Of a stretch of 64,000 nt of DNA, positions 41,597-52,342 are shown one piece after another. This stretch comes from Pirellulales bacterium (lineage in GTDB: Bacteria > Planctomycetota > Planctomycetia > Pirellulales > PALSA-1355). The position numbers and the translations under genes are program-made. The notes beneath the pieces are model-generated. The model saw only the letters and a list, made by a program, of their open reading frames with translations. It was not told the origin of the DNA and made no database searches. Location of the stretch: NCBI GenBank assembly GCA_963733035.1, contig CAVTBU010000005.1, positions 544,001 through 608,000 of the forward strand, written 5' to 3'. Numbering within the stretch: the first letter of the stretch is position 1; every line of letters starts with the position of its first letter.

Positions 41597-42463
41597 ATGC
41601 GTCAGAATCATGGCCTGACTCGCCTTTGGCAATCGCCGGTTATTCGCCAGACCCGCCAGATGGCGTCGCCCGGCTTGTGGTATCGGCAACTCACCTCCCA
41701 TCGCCGCCCGCTGCCAAGATTTATCATTGCCGGAGCACAAAAAGCCGGCACGACTTCCCTCTTCGGCTACCTCGTAGGACATCCCCAGTGCGCTGCTTCG
41801 CTCACCAAGGAAGTGCACTACTTCGACCGGGCCTACCAACGGGGCACGAATTGGTATCGCACGCATTTTCCCGTTCTTGGCAATGATGAAACTGTCCGAG
41901 CGTGCTTCGAGTCGAGTCCGTACTATATGTTCGATCCGCGCGTGCCGTCTCGCGTTCGCGAGCTTCTGCCGAACGTGAAGCTAATTTTTTTGCTTCGCAA
42001 TCCGGTGAGCCGCGCCTATTCGCACTATCAACACAGCGTTCGTCGCGGACGTGAAAAACTAGCGTTTGCCGACGCCCTCGAGGCCGAGCCCGCACGCCTG
42101 GCCGGCGAGCGCGCACGTTTGCTTGAGTCGCCCTTCGCGCAAAGCAATGCGCATCGCTTTCATTCCTATGTAGCGCGCGGACACTATGCCGAGCAACTCG
42201 ACGAGTGGCTGAAGTTTTTCCGGCGCGAGCAAATGCTCGTCGTCCAAGCGGAGCGCATGTTCAAGCAGCCGCGCGAAGTCTTCGCCCAAGTGCTGGACTT
42301 TCTGGAGTTGGAATCGTGGGCGCCGGACGCGTTCGGCAGCCACAACTGCGGGCGCTACACAGAACCGATGTCCGCAGACGTTCGCCAGCGACTGGGCCGG
42401 CAGTTCGCCGAACCCAACGCGCGGCTGTTCGATCTGTTGGGGGTTCGCTATGATTGGCAATGA
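41597..42463 (+). CDS. PAPS-dependent sulfotransferase
   Basis: 5'-PSB GAQKAGTTSL, KEVHYFD, 3'-PB LRNPVSRAYSHY. Confidence 0.9.
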   Translation: MRQNHGLTRLWQSPVIRQTRQMASPGLWYRQLTSHRRPLPRFIIAGAQKAGTTSLFGYLVGHPQCAASLTKEVHYFDRAYQRGTNWYRTHFPVLGNDETVRACFESSPYYMFDPRVPSRVRELLPNVKLIFLLRNPVSRAYSHYQHSVRRGREKLAFADALEAEPARLAGERARLLESPFAQSNAHRFHSYVARGHYAEQLDEWLKFFRREQMLVVQAERMFKQPREVFAQVLDFLELESWAPDAFGSHNCGRYTEPMSADVRQRLGRQFAEPNARLFDLLGVRYDWQ

Positions 42464-43542
42464 TGCCCCCCCAACACTCGTTTTGCCGTTACTGGATTGC
42501 GTGCGCGATTGTCCTGGGCGCTGCGCTTTGTGACCGGCCGAGTGTGGCGCAATCTCTCGTCTGGAGGCAATTGCCGCCCATTCCCGATGCGGAAGGATTC
42601 GCCGGCTCATTCGCCGGCGTTAGCGGCGGTGTCCTCGTTGTCGCCGGCGGAACCAATTTTCCCGATCAACCGCCGTCGGCGGGCGGTGCCAAGCGTTGGT
42701 ACGACACCATCTTCGCCCTCGAGACACCGACCAGCAACTGGCGGGTAGTAGGCAAATTGCCGGGGCCCTTGGGTTATGGCGTCTCGATCACCACGCCTGA
42801 GGGGATCGTCTGCATTGGAGGCAGCGACGCGCAGCGGCACTATGCCAAGTGCTTCGTGTTGCGTTGGACGGCGGGTACCGCGACCGTCGTTCCGCTCCCC
42901 GAATTGCCTCAGCCATGTGCGAATGCCTGTGGAGCTCTCGTGGAACGGACGGTCTACGTTGCAGGCGGAACGTGCGCGCCGGACGATGTCCGCGCGCTAG
43001 AGACGTTCTGGGCACTCGACCTCGAAAACCTGCGGGCGGGCTGGGCCAAACTCGCCACGTGGCCGGGTCCTGGGCGGTTGCTGTCCGTCGCCGGGTCACA
43101 GCGTGGCTCGTTTTTCTTGTTTAGCGGCGCCGCGCTCGAAGGTGGAGACGACGGCAAACCTGTTCGCCGCTGGTTGCGCGACGCCTACCGCTACTCGCCA
43201 GACCAAGGTTGGCAGCGGTTATCGGATTTGCCGCGTGTCGCCGTCGCCGCGCCAAGTCCGGCACCGACGATCGACTCGGACAAGTTCCTGGTGCTCGGCG
43301 GCGACGATGGAACCCAAGTCTCGACCCCTCCCCGCGAGCACCGCGGCTTTCCCCGCGATGTGCTGTCCTACGATACACGGCTCGATCGCTGGACCGTCTT
43401 GGGCGAAGTTCCTTTTTCGCTTGTCACCACCCCGGCGGTACGATGGAACGAACGCATCGTAGTTCCCGGTGGGGAAGCACGACCGGCGGTGCGCTCAAAC
43501 GTCGTCTGGAGCGCCGAGGTGTCGAGCAAGCCGGAGCGATAG
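42460..43542 (+). CDS. Kelch-repeat protein (NanM/sialic acid mutarotase-like)
   Basis: Signal peptide; VAGGTNFP, YGVS, GGEARPAVRS; ATGA overlap with upstream gene. Confidence 0.75.
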   Translation: MMPPQHSFCRYWIACAIVLGAALCDRPSVAQSLVWRQLPPIPDAEGFAGSFAGVSGGVLVVAGGTNFPDQPPSAGGAKRWYDTIFALETPTSNWRVVGKLPGPLGYGVSITTPEGIVCIGGSDAQRHYAKCFVLRWTAGTATVVPLPELPQPCANACGALVERTVYVAGGTCAPDDVRALETFWALDLENLRAGWAKLATWPGPGRLLSVAGSQRGSFFLFSGAALEGGDDGKPVRRWLRDAYRYSPDQGWQRLSDLPRVAVAAPSPAPTIDSDKFLVLGGDDGTQVSTPPREHRGFPRDVLSYDTRLDRWTVLGEVPFSLVTTPAVRWNERIVVPGGEARPAVRSNVVWSAEVSSKPER

Positions 43543-43599
43543 TCTCGCTTGCCCCGCTGTTGGCCGCCAACGACGAACGGCTGCTCTTGCACGCGGCGA

Positions 43600-44544
43600 C
43601 TACTCAACGCGAACTTCGATCTTCGTGCGAAACGATTCGCCCGGTGCCAGAATCAACAAATGTGGATCGATGCCCTGCTCGCGCAGCGTGAAGGCATCGG
43701 GAATCGTGGTATAAGGCTCGATACACACCGCTTCTCGGTGCGGCGGATTGTAGACCACGCACGCCGTGAACTGGTCGTCAAAGTCCTGTGACACCGTGCG
43801 GCCGCTGTGGGGATCGTGAATCGTTGTCACGAGACGGTGATCGTTGCCCGTCAGCTTTCCGAACACATTATCGAGCTTCATCTCGCCGACCTGCATGCCG
43901 CTCGGCAGTTTTTCAGTAGCCGCGGTCGTGTCGGTCTTGCCGGTCGGCAATAGTTCCTTGAGTTCCCAACAAGTACCCACGGGAATTTTTACGACGCAAT
44001 CGTCCGCGCTGTTGCCCGCTAGCGGCAAGCGAAAATACGGGTGCGTGCCGAAGCCAAACGGCAGCGGCTTATCGTCGGGATTATCGATAACAAATTCGCT
44101 CGTAAGCGTATTGCCGGCGATTTGATAAGTCGCGGTGATTCGAAAATCGGCCGGCCAACGTTTGAGCAGGCTCTCGTCGTCGACCGAGGCATGAAACTGA
44201 CCCACAACGCGATCTTGCGTCTGTTCTTTTACGCGCCACGGACGATTGAACACAAAACCATGGATGGCATTGCCGATGCCATCTCCCTCGTCCAGTTCGT
44301 ACTGCTTGTCCTGAAAATGAAAGGTCGTACCCCGAATCCTGCCGGCGAACGGGAACAACAGCGGAATGCCGCTGCCGGTCGGCTTCGCGGTGCCGTCGGT
44401 AAAATCTGGTGCCGACCACAGCACCTCCATGGGCCCCGATGAACTGGCGACCGAAAAGCCGTAACAATTGAAGCCGACACCCGGCAGGATCTTGGCCTTT
44501 GAGCCGTAAACCGGGTCCGTAATCGTAACAATCTCCAGCGACAT
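43600..44544 (-). CDS. Aldose 1-epimerase family protein
   Basis: GIPLLFPFAGRI, AIHG, GTHPYF, LDNVF, CIEPYT. Confidence 0.9.
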   Translation of the reverse strand: MSLEIVTITDPVYGSKAKILPGVGFNCYGFSVASSSGPMEVLWSAPDFTDGTAKPTGSGIPLLFPFAGRIRGTTFHFQDKQYELDEGDGIGNAIHGFVFNRPWRVKEQTQDRVVGQFHASVDDESLLKRWPADFRITATYQIAGNTLTSEFVIDNPDDKPLPFGFGTHPYFRLPLAGNSADDCVVKIPVGTCWELKELLPTGKTDTTAATEKLPSGMQVGEMKLDNVFGKLTGNDHRLVTTIHDPHSGRTVSQDFDDQFTACVVYNPPHREAVCIEPYTTIPDAFTLREQGIDPHLLILAPGESFRTKIEVRVE

Positions 44545-45610
44545 CAAGGCGACGACCTCATCGTTGAATGCGGCGATAGATGGAATGTCCCCCTATTGAA
44601 ACGGAAGTTTCCAGGGACGCAAGTGGCAGCGGCTTGCTCCAATACAGCCGCGGAATCAAGAATTGCTGTTCGCCTCGGTGCCAGCACGCAATTCTCCAGC
44701 CGCACACGTGTGCCGACCATCAGCAGAAATAGGGTGCCTAGCACGGCTGTTGGCGCCACGCCTGCCGTCGGGTGGGTTCGCTGAGAGCCAGCGCCGCGAG
44801 CACGTGCATCAACAACATCGCCAGAACGACCGACGAAAGAAAAAGCAACGACGCGGCGGCATCACCACCCAACAGCGGCCCAATTGCCGTCTCGGGCATC
44901 GCGAGCGCCACCCACAGCCCGGTCGGAAACTGCAAGACGGCAGCCCCCAACGCCAGCCGCGCCCCCAATTTTACAAGACGCTGGCGCATCTCGACGGACT
45001 CGGGAGGGACCGTTGCCATTGTGCGCAGCGCCAACCACACCATAGCCATTCCGGTAACCGCCACGGCGGCCAACCAGACATGCGCGACGCGCGACAGGAC
45101 CTCGCCGTCGACGAGCAAGCGACGGAACTCGGCGCGATCCAAAGGACCGCCGGACAAAGACGGACGCGTGCCGACGAGCGAGATGATGGTAAACAGCGCC
45201 GGAAAGTGAACCATCAAATTGCTGGCTGCCGCCACGGCCAACAGGCGATGCCACCCCCGGCCTTTTTGCCAGCGCCGCCACAGCCCGACATAGGCACCGA
45301 GACAGAGGAACGAAAACAGCAATTCCGCGCCCGCAAACCATAGACGGTCGCGCGGAATCGCCGCGATCGCGCGAAAGTAGCGATCGTCGCTAAGATAGCG
45401 CAACAGAAGTAACGCGCCCCCTAGTAGCCCGCCAATGGCTAGCGCAACAACAGACCACAGCGCAAGGGTCCGACCGAATTCGCCGAGTTGGTCCGCCTTC
45501 TCACGCTTGCTGCGCCAGTCGAGCCAGGCGCTAGCGAGTGGACCGACCATGGCCAAATCCACCAAGATCATGTGTGCGGCCAAGAGCACCGTCGTGACGA
45601 CCTCGATCAC
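44544..45610 (-). CDS. Hypothetical multi-pass membrane protein; probable frameshift ~44750
   Basis: ~7-8 TM with intramembrane His residues; last TM (TAVLGTLFLLMVG) continues in another frame to a stop overlapping the epimerase start. Confidence 0.65.
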
Positions 45611-45788
45611 CTTCGCCTCTGCCCCATTTGATTACACCGACGCGGTACGCACCATACGCACGTTCGCCCACTGCACCCAGCCCCCAAGGACGACCGCCCG
45701 CCAAGTCGCACCGCGGCCGGTGCGCAAGATACCATGTCGTCGCAAAAATGCAGCCGGTAATTCGGCAGGCAGCCAGCGTTTGACGAAA

Positions 45789-46289
45789 CTAGGCCTGCAC
45801 TAACCTGGCAAAGCTTTCGAGTGCCTGCCGGGCTTTCTCGACGCCTCCCAGACGATGCGCAAGCTGCTTGGCCGCCACCAGATGCTCATAGGGCACGGCG
45901 CCGCCAACTTGGGAGCGAGTCGAACCGTTCTGGCCGAGCTTGCCTCGCAACATGCTAACTTGCGCCGACGTAACGATCACTCCGCGCGCCTTGAGTGCGG
46001 CAATAACGTCACGCGGTCGCGCGTCGTGCCCGAGCCGTTCAAACATGCCCCGAATCGCGTCGGCTTTGCTCGTGCCCGAGTTGCGAGTGGAGCGTTTTTG
46101 ACTGCCACTGGACTTGCGCGTGTACTTGAGCTTGTTGATCAAGGCATCCGAGGCCGTAATTCCTTTGGCGGTGAGCTTGGCTTTGATTTGCTTGACGCTT
46201 GCATCCGGCTGCGCCGCCAACACGTCCCGAATTGCATCACTCTTACTCACTCGAGCACTGGTAACTTTCTTCTTGGCCAAGGCAATCAC
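45789..46289 (-). CDS. Basic hypothetical protein with duplicated HTH-like domain
   Basis: GAGGAG RBS; repeats SKSDAIR.. and SKADAIR..; C-terminal LGGVEKARQAL. Confidence 0.8.
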   Translation of the reverse strand: MIALAKKKVTSARVSKSDAIRDVLAAQPDASVKQIKAKLTAKGITASDALINKLKYTRKSSGSQKRSTRNSGTSKADAIRGMFERLGHDARPRDVIAALKARGVIVTSAQVSMLRGKLGQNGSTRSQVGGAVPYEHLVAAKQLAHRLGGVEKARQALESFARLVQA

Positions 46290-46624
46290 TCCTCACAATG
46301 AATGGGCAGTCAAGCATAGACAGACGGCGGCGACACAAAACATGAACACGCGGCCGCCTTGATCTGTTCGCTAACAACGTGTACATCGCCGCGAACGTAA
46401 AACTCTATTTAGTACATAGCCTAATAGATCGCGCTGATACGTATATACCCTTCGCCTGGGCCACCGTGAATCCTACCCTTGAGGCGTGCCTTCACTGCGC
46501 ACCTACGCGCAGCCGCGCAACGCCCCCCACTCGCGTCCAAACAACCATCGACGAATTCGTCGTTCCTGACACAATACGCGTCGGGCTTGGACGCGCCATG
46601 GCCGATACGATAAACTTCGCCAAG

Positions 46625-46700
<76 letters not shown>

Positions 46701-47064
46701 GCCCCGGTTTTTTCGGGTTTTGCCAGAAGTCGCGGAACCGAGTTTCCCGGGGCTCTTTGATGCGCGGACTTGTCGCCGCGACTCTCTAGGTGCGACGGCA
46801 CCGGCGCACTCCACACCGCCCCGCGACCGGCGCCGGCGTCATCGCCTACTGTAACTCGGCACTTGTCATTGGCCAGTACGGCAATCGGTGGAAGTCGTAC
46901 GCAGGGGGCAGCTCTGATTGGTGCGGCGGCAATCCAACCGAACGGCCCGGTTATCGCCGAAGTAAACCTCCGCATCGATGCCTTCATCCTAAGAACCGAG
47001 TTCGCCAAACGGAGGCGTCCGGCGAAAGAATGCGACGGCGGGAGGACTGGCGTGCAATGGAAAC

Positions 47065-47232
47065 TGTGAAATCCGAAGGATGGAACACGGCAGCTGGTCC
47101 GCTTGCCTTCACAAGCTCGACGAGTTTGAAAGTTTCCGCGCTGGCTAGGGATCGAGATCGGCTAGTGCGATTTGCCAGCCTTCGGCGGCGACGGTGAAGG
47201 CGCGCGCGCTCCCGGCAGTTCAAACAACCCAT
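47065..47232 (-). pseudogene. Degenerate short-chain dehydrogenase N-terminal fragment
   Basis: Minus frames read VV*TAGSARAFTVAAEGWQIALADLD then SAETFKLVELVKASGPAAVFHPSDFT, matching an SDR Rossmann start. Confidence 0.4.
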
Positions 47233-47362
47233 TTATGTACGTAACGAATACCAGCCATTTCACCCAAATTCCCTATTTGCACTTGCGTCCCTGAGCCACT
47301 AAATTGAAGCCGACCGTAATGGTAGACGTGTTGCGAGTAGCGGGGATAAGACGATTCGTTTG

Positions 47363-48346
47363 ATGAAACTTCAGCAACCCTTTCCGGGTCCCCTATCAGC
47401 CTCGCGCAGAGAACCTCCCCAGACCTTCATCGATTCCCAGACCGATGATGGTGTGGCGACGCTGACATTGCACCGGCCCCAGGCCGGGAACGCGCTTAAT
47501 TGGGCCCTGCTAGAGCAACTGCGCAGCGCCGTCCGCAGGGCGGTTGCGTCGCCAGAGATCGCGTCCATCGTCATTGCCGCCGCGGGCAACCGCTTCGTCT
47601 CGGGCGCCGACGTGGGCTTCTTCGTGCGGTGCTTGAAGTCGGGCAACATGTACCGGATTGTCGAGTGCATCCGGGCTTCCCAGGAAGTGTTTGGCGAGAT
47701 CGCTGCATGCCCAAAACCGGTCGTTGCCGCAGTCCAGGGAGCGGCAGTCGGGGGTGGCTTTGAATTAGTCCTGGCGTGTCATCACGTCGTGGCCACACCG
47801 CGCGCTAGTTTTTCCTTCCCGGAAACGGGGCTCGGGATCGTACCCAGTTCCGGTGGAACCTATCGCACGCCGCGCCGCATTGGCGTGGAGTTGGCGAAGT
47901 GGCTTGTTTACACCGGCGTGGTGCTGCCACCGCCGAAAGCGCTTGCGCTGGGGCTCATCGATCAACTGGTCATGCCGGACGAACTGGCCTCCGCCGCGAA
48001 CCTGGCGGCGCGGACGCTGGGCCAGCGGCCAAAGGACACCCCTAAACACGCGCTCGCGACAATGGCCGAGTTCTCCGCCTGGCGATCGCTATTCGCCGGC
48101 GCGACGGTCGCGGAATTACGGACCGCCGCGCAAACAGAGGACCGCGTTGTATCATCCGCCCTGAAATCGATCGCCAGCCGGCCACTGGTGGGACTGCAAT
48201 GGTCGGAGCGGCTCCTCGACGGCGCACTGGCCAGTACGCTGGAACAGGGAGCCGCGGCAGCGCTGACCGCCGTGCCCATGCTGTACGCCGATCCAGAGGT
48301 TCACAGCCTACTGGTGCAGGCCGCTCAAAGGCAGCGCAAGACGTGA
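47363..48346 (+). CDS. Enoyl-CoA hydratase/isomerase family protein
   Basis: RPQAGNALN, FVSGADV, KPVVAAVQG.AVGGGFE, FPETGLGIVP. Confidence 0.88.
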   Translation: MKLQQPFPGPLSASRREPPQTFIDSQTDDGVATLTLHRPQAGNALNWALLEQLRSAVRRAVASPEIASIVIAAAGNRFVSGADVGFFVRCLKSGNMYRIVECIRASQEVFGEIAACPKPVVAAVQGAAVGGGFELVLACHHVVATPRASFSFPETGLGIVPSSGGTYRTPRRIGVELAKWLVYTGVVLPPPKALALGLIDQLVMPDELASAANLAARTLGQRPKDTPKHALATMAEFSAWRSLFAGATVAELRTAAQTEDRVVSSALKSIASRPLVGLQWSERLLDGALASTLEQGAAAALTAVPMLYADPEVHSLLVQAAQRQRKT

Positions 48347-49144
48347 TGGAGTAGCAACCGAGGATCCGCCGCGCCAATCGACATCGGGGTATTCCGGTGG
48401 CGCTGACATGCGTTCCTTGATGCCGGTTTTCAACAGCCACCAGTTGACCGGATAGGAAGTAAGAAACCCGGCCACCATCGCGATTTGCATCATGAACCAA
48501 AACACCGGGTCGGTCTTTTCCAACTCATGCCCAAAGATTGCAAACGTGGCGATGGCCATCCAGCCGTACATACCGACTTGCCAGGCCGTTAGCGACAACG
48601 TGTCGGCTTTCACGGCCGCCCATAGGCCTTCCGCGACGGAGATGTCGCGCATCGGCATAATCGTGAAGTACTGAAACGCGATGCCGAAGATAAAGGCCGG
48701 TACGAAGTCGACGATCCAGGCCGCGAAGATCTTCTGGCCGAACAGTTCGAAATGAATGGTGGTCCCCAGAATTGTGATCGACGTAAAAAAGAACAAGAAC
48801 CATTCGGCGCAGATATCGCCAAGCGTACAACCACCTCCACAATGGGTCGTACCGACGGCCACGGCTTGCCAGAACGGCCGTTGCATTCCTGGTGGCGGTT
48901 CGCCGTTTTGCTTGGCGCGCAGCATCACTTTATGCGACGACAACCTTCCAATCCGGTAGTAACCCCATAACGCCAACGGTCCAGCCCACAGCGCCGTCGT
49001 GGGCCAAACCAGGTTCATGATCCACATGTGCTGCTTGTTACCGAGCAATAGGTCGCCCACGATCCACACGAAGCAGATGGCGGCGACGATCAGTGCGGCA
49101 ATGGAAACCCATTGAAGCATTTGCATGCTGAGCCCGGTATTCAT
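48308..49144 (-). CDS. DUF4396 membrane protein
   Basis: HCGGGCTLGD, KADTLSLTAWQVGMYGWM, GFLTSYPVNWWLLKTGIKERM; natural end probably ~48405. Confidence 0.85.
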   Translation of the reverse strand: MNTGLSMQMLQWVSIAALIVAAICFVWIVGDLLLGNKQHMWIMNLVWPTTALWAGPLALWGYYRIGRLSSHKVMLRAKQNGEPPPGMQRPFWQAVAVGTTHCGGGCTLGDICAEWFLFFFTSITILGTTIHFELFGQKIFAAWIVDFVPAFIFGIAFQYFTIMPMRDISVAEGLWAAVKADTLSLTAWQVGMYGWMAIATFAIFGHELEKTDPVFWFMMQIAMVAGFLTSYPVNWWLLKTGIKERMSAPPEYPDVDWRGGSSVATPSRLALPLSGLHQ

Positions 49145-49328
49145 TTTCCCCTCGCGTCGGTTCTGATTCGCATGCCCTCAGTGCGAACACCGTGCCCATC
49201 GATTCTTCGCGCGACTGGTAGGCGCGCGGCAGCAGCGGCAACTGGGGCCTACGCAACCCTACTGCACGCGAACTCACCGGGTAGGCAATAGACCCAATCC
49301 TCAGCGGAAATCAATGCGATCCAGCGAA

Positions 49329-50840
49329 TCAGGACCCGTGCATCCCCTGGTGCGGCGGGGTCGGCACGTAGGTCTTAATGTCGCCAAACCGCCGCACGAT
49401 CTCTTCGAATACCGACCCCTTGGGGACCGTCTGCTCGGTTTCCATCACCAGGTGATACAAGTCCGCAGGCAACACGCGTAACGTGGTCATCAGCCCCATC
49501 ACGGACATGGGCCAATCGGCCCGCATCCCCTGAACTTCCCGGCGCCCCCAGATCTTTTCGAGAAAGGGGGCGCTCATGCGCATGCCCAGCATTTCCTGCG
49601 GATAACCCGGCGGCTTTTCACCCAGCGCGGTGGCTGACACCTCGGGCGCTGGCCGCACCTGCAGATCGGCGAGGTAGCGGTCGACCGAGTCGCCATGTCG
49701 AATGCGCGGTCCAACCTGGCGCACCATGTGATTCATCATGTGATGCACCATGTGACAGTGAAACATCCAATCACCGGGATTGTTGGCGATGAACTCAAAG
49801 TTGGTGGCTTGGGCAATGCCAATCAGTTCCGTGTTGCGAGGAACCCACGACGAATAGGGAGCGCGGGCCCCCTCGTGCCCCGTGATCCAAAACGTGTGGC
49901 CGTGGATGTGAATCGGATGGTGCTGCATCGGCGAGAAGTTCATGATGCGAATCCGCACTCGCTCGCCGTGTTTGACCACCACCGGAGTCGTGAACGGGCC
50001 GCTACGACCGTTGATCGTATGCCAGTTCCAATCCATCCGCCACGAATCTGCGATCGTCTGCGTGCTGTCGATGAAGAAGTTCTGAAAGATCAAACCGAAG
50101 TCTCGGTCGACGGGCGGCGAGTAGGGCTGGCGAGGGTGAACAATGATCCAGCCCACCATCCCGAACGCTTCCTGCATCGGCACGTGCGAGTGATAGAAGA
50201 ACGTCCCATCCTCGTGCACGTCGAACTCGTAGACGAACGTCCCACCCGGGCGAATCGGATTCTGATTCAACACGTCGGCCCCGTCGTACTGCACCGGTAG
50301 TTCAAAGCCATGGCAATGTACGAACGTGTCTTCCGGCAATTCATTGGTCACCACGATTCGCACCCGGTCGCCTTGCGTGATCTCGATCACCGGACCCGGC
50401 ATGGAACCGTTGTAGCCGTAAACGTTCATCCAGTATCCAGGCAAAAACTCGCGCCGCACCGGTTGCGGAACCAGCTGAAACTCCTTGACACCGTTCTTCA
50501 TCACGTACGGTAGTTTCTCGGTGTCGGGCGCCACAAACGGCACCGGGCCGGCGTCGGCGGATCGCAGCCCGGGAACAAGCTTGCCAATATAGAAGTCGCT
50601 CTGCGGGTCGTTGCCGCGGCTGGGTCGGAAACGGGAAAAGCCGCCGAACCACTCCTGCGGTTCGGCAGACTGCTTCGGGGCCGACTCCTGCCCGCGATCG
50701 AGTTGCGGGCCATTGGTCTGAGGCAACCGTCCGGCCTCGGCACTGGCGACGTCCGGGCGAAGCGCCGAACCACTAAGCGCCCCGGCCGTGACCAATGCAC
50801 TCCGTTTGATGAATTCGCGTCGTTGGTTTGGCTTGCTCAT
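49329..50840 (-). CDS. Two-domain multicopper oxidase, Tat-exported
   Basis: QRREFI Tat motif; Cu ligands HCHG, YHSH, HPIHIHGH, HCHMVHHM. Confidence 0.9.
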   Translation of the reverse strand: MSKPNQRREFIKRSALVTAGALSGSALRPDVASAEAGRLPQTNGPQLDRGQESAPKQSAEPQEWFGGFSRFRPSRGNDPQSDFYIGKLVPGLRSADAGPVPFVAPDTEKLPYVMKNGVKEFQLVPQPVRREFLPGYWMNVYGYNGSMPGPVIEITQGDRVRIVVTNELPEDTFVHCHGFELPVQYDGADVLNQNPIRPGGTFVYEFDVHEDGTFFYHSHVPMQEAFGMVGWIIVHPRQPYSPPVDRDFGLIFQNFFIDSTQTIADSWRMDWNWHTINGRSGPFTTPVVVKHGERVRIRIMNFSPMQHHPIHIHGHTFWITGHEGARAPYSSWVPRNTELIGIAQATNFEFIANNPGDWMFHCHMVHHMMNHMVRQVGPRIRHGDSVDRYLADLQVRPAPEVSATALGEKPPGYPQEMLGMRMSAPFLEKIWGRREVQGMRADWPMSVMGLMTTLRVLPADLYHLVMETEQTVPKGSVFEEIVRRFGDIKTYVPTPPHQGMHGS

Positions 50841-50887
50841 CCACTTATTCCTTCCTGGCGATGCAAATTTTCCTGGCTGCGAACCGC

Positions 50888-52342
50888 TTACCGCGGCTTC
50901 GGCACAGCGTCGATGTGACCCGGCGGAGTGGGTCCGGGCGCGGCTTCCAATCCTTTGTGCAGCAGGAATCCCATCACGAGCACTTCGTTCACGCGAAACA
51001 ACTCCAGCGCGTGGATGTAGTCCTTCTGAGCGTCGAAGTACTCGCGCTGCGCGTCGAGCACGTCCGGCCACTCGACGCGATTGACCTTGTAGCTTTCGAG
51101 CAATTCACGGTAGGCGGCCTGAGCCTCGGGTAGGATGATCTGCCGATATTGCGTCGCGTGCTGGTACGCGGTAAGGTACCGCTGGTGGACTTCGGCCAAC
51201 TGCATCCGCAGATGCCACTCCACGCGACTGACCTCGTTGCGTTGGCGTATCAGATCGGCTTGTGCCTGCCGAACCGTACCCTGGTTGCGATCAAATATCG
51301 GCACGTCGAATTGCAGTCCCGCCATCGACACGCCGCTGCTGTCCGAAAAGTCGTAGCCGGTTCCGCCCGAGAACTTGAGGTTGGGAACCCATTGCGCCTC
51401 TTCGCGGCGGACGGTAATTTGGTCGGCAACGAACTTGGCGCGCGCGGCGGCAAGCTCCGGGCTTTCGGTCCACAATCGCCGTAAGGCGGCGTCGAAACCA
51501 ATTGGCCTTTCGTTGATCGTCATCTCGCCGACGACCTGGCCTTGGGCGACATTGATGCCCGCCAGGCTGGTCAGCTCCTGAAACCGCTGCCGGTACTCGT
51601 TCTCGGCGGTCAACAGGTCCAGTCGCGCGCGCTGCAGGGCAATGTCGGCTCGCCGCACTTGAGGCCGCCGGGCCTGTCCTTCGTTGAACATTTCCCGCGC
51701 CGTCAAAGCCCCGTCCTCGGCTACTTTCAGCAGCTCCTTTTGAATGCGCACGATTTCCGCCAGCGCCAACGTCCGGAAGTAGTGCATCCGCACGTCGTTG
51801 AGTACCTTGAACTGCTGCGCCACGGCCAGGTGTTCCGAGATGCGAGCCCGCTGCATGTACTTCATGCGGCTCAATCGCAACTTTCCGCCGGTCACCACTT
51901 CCTGCTTCACGATGCCCCCCTGAAACTCGCCCGGTGTGCGCACGCGCGCATTGTTGGGCTGGCCAATCAACTCGCCGGCATACTGCATTAAAGGATTGGG
52001 ATAGAGCCCGGCTTCCAGCGCCTTGCCCAACTCGGCCGAAACATGCGCGCGGGCTTGCTGCAACGTCGGGTTGTTCTGCATCGCCAAGCTCAATAGCATG
52101 TCGAGATCGAGATGCGTCGACGCTGCGACTTCCCCCCCAGGGGCAAATTGTTCTTGCCGCTGCATGGCCGGCGGCGGTCCCGGCATGGCCGGTGGCGGAA
52201 GATACTGCCGGCCAACCTGATAGGCCGGCCCGGCAGCCGGCGGCGGCGCCGGAATCGCCTCTTGCGCAGCCGCGCTCGTTGTGCGCACGATGAGCGCAAG
52301 AACGAAGATGCAGCTCGGGAGGCGATGATTCATCTCGATCAT
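50888..52342 (-). CDS. TolC family protein (copper-cluster associated)
   Basis: QNNPTL, AGLYPNP, VTGGKLRLSR, VPIFDRNQG. Confidence 0.88.
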   Translation of the reverse strand: MIEMNHRLPSCIFVLALIVRTTSAAAQEAIPAPPPAAGPAYQVGRQYLPPPAMPGPPPAMQRQEQFAPGGEVAASTHLDLDMLLSLAMQNNPTLQQARAHVSAELGKALEAGLYPNPLMQYAGELIGQPNNARVRTPGEFQGGIVKQEVVTGGKLRLSRMKYMQRARISEHLAVAQQFKVLNDVRMHYFRTLALAEIVRIQKELLKVAEDGALTAREMFNEGQARRPQVRRADIALQRARLDLLTAENEYRQRFQELTSLAGINVAQGQVVGEMTINERPIGFDAALRRLWTESPELAAARAKFVADQITVRREEAQWVPNLKFSGGTGYDFSDSSGVSMAGLQFDVPIFDRNQGTVRQAQADLIRQRNEVSRVEWHLRMQLAEVHQRYLTAYQHATQYRQIILPEAQAAYRELLESYKVNRVEWPDVLDAQREYFDAQKDYIHALELFRVNEVLVMGFLLHKGLEAAPGPTPPGHIDAVPKPR

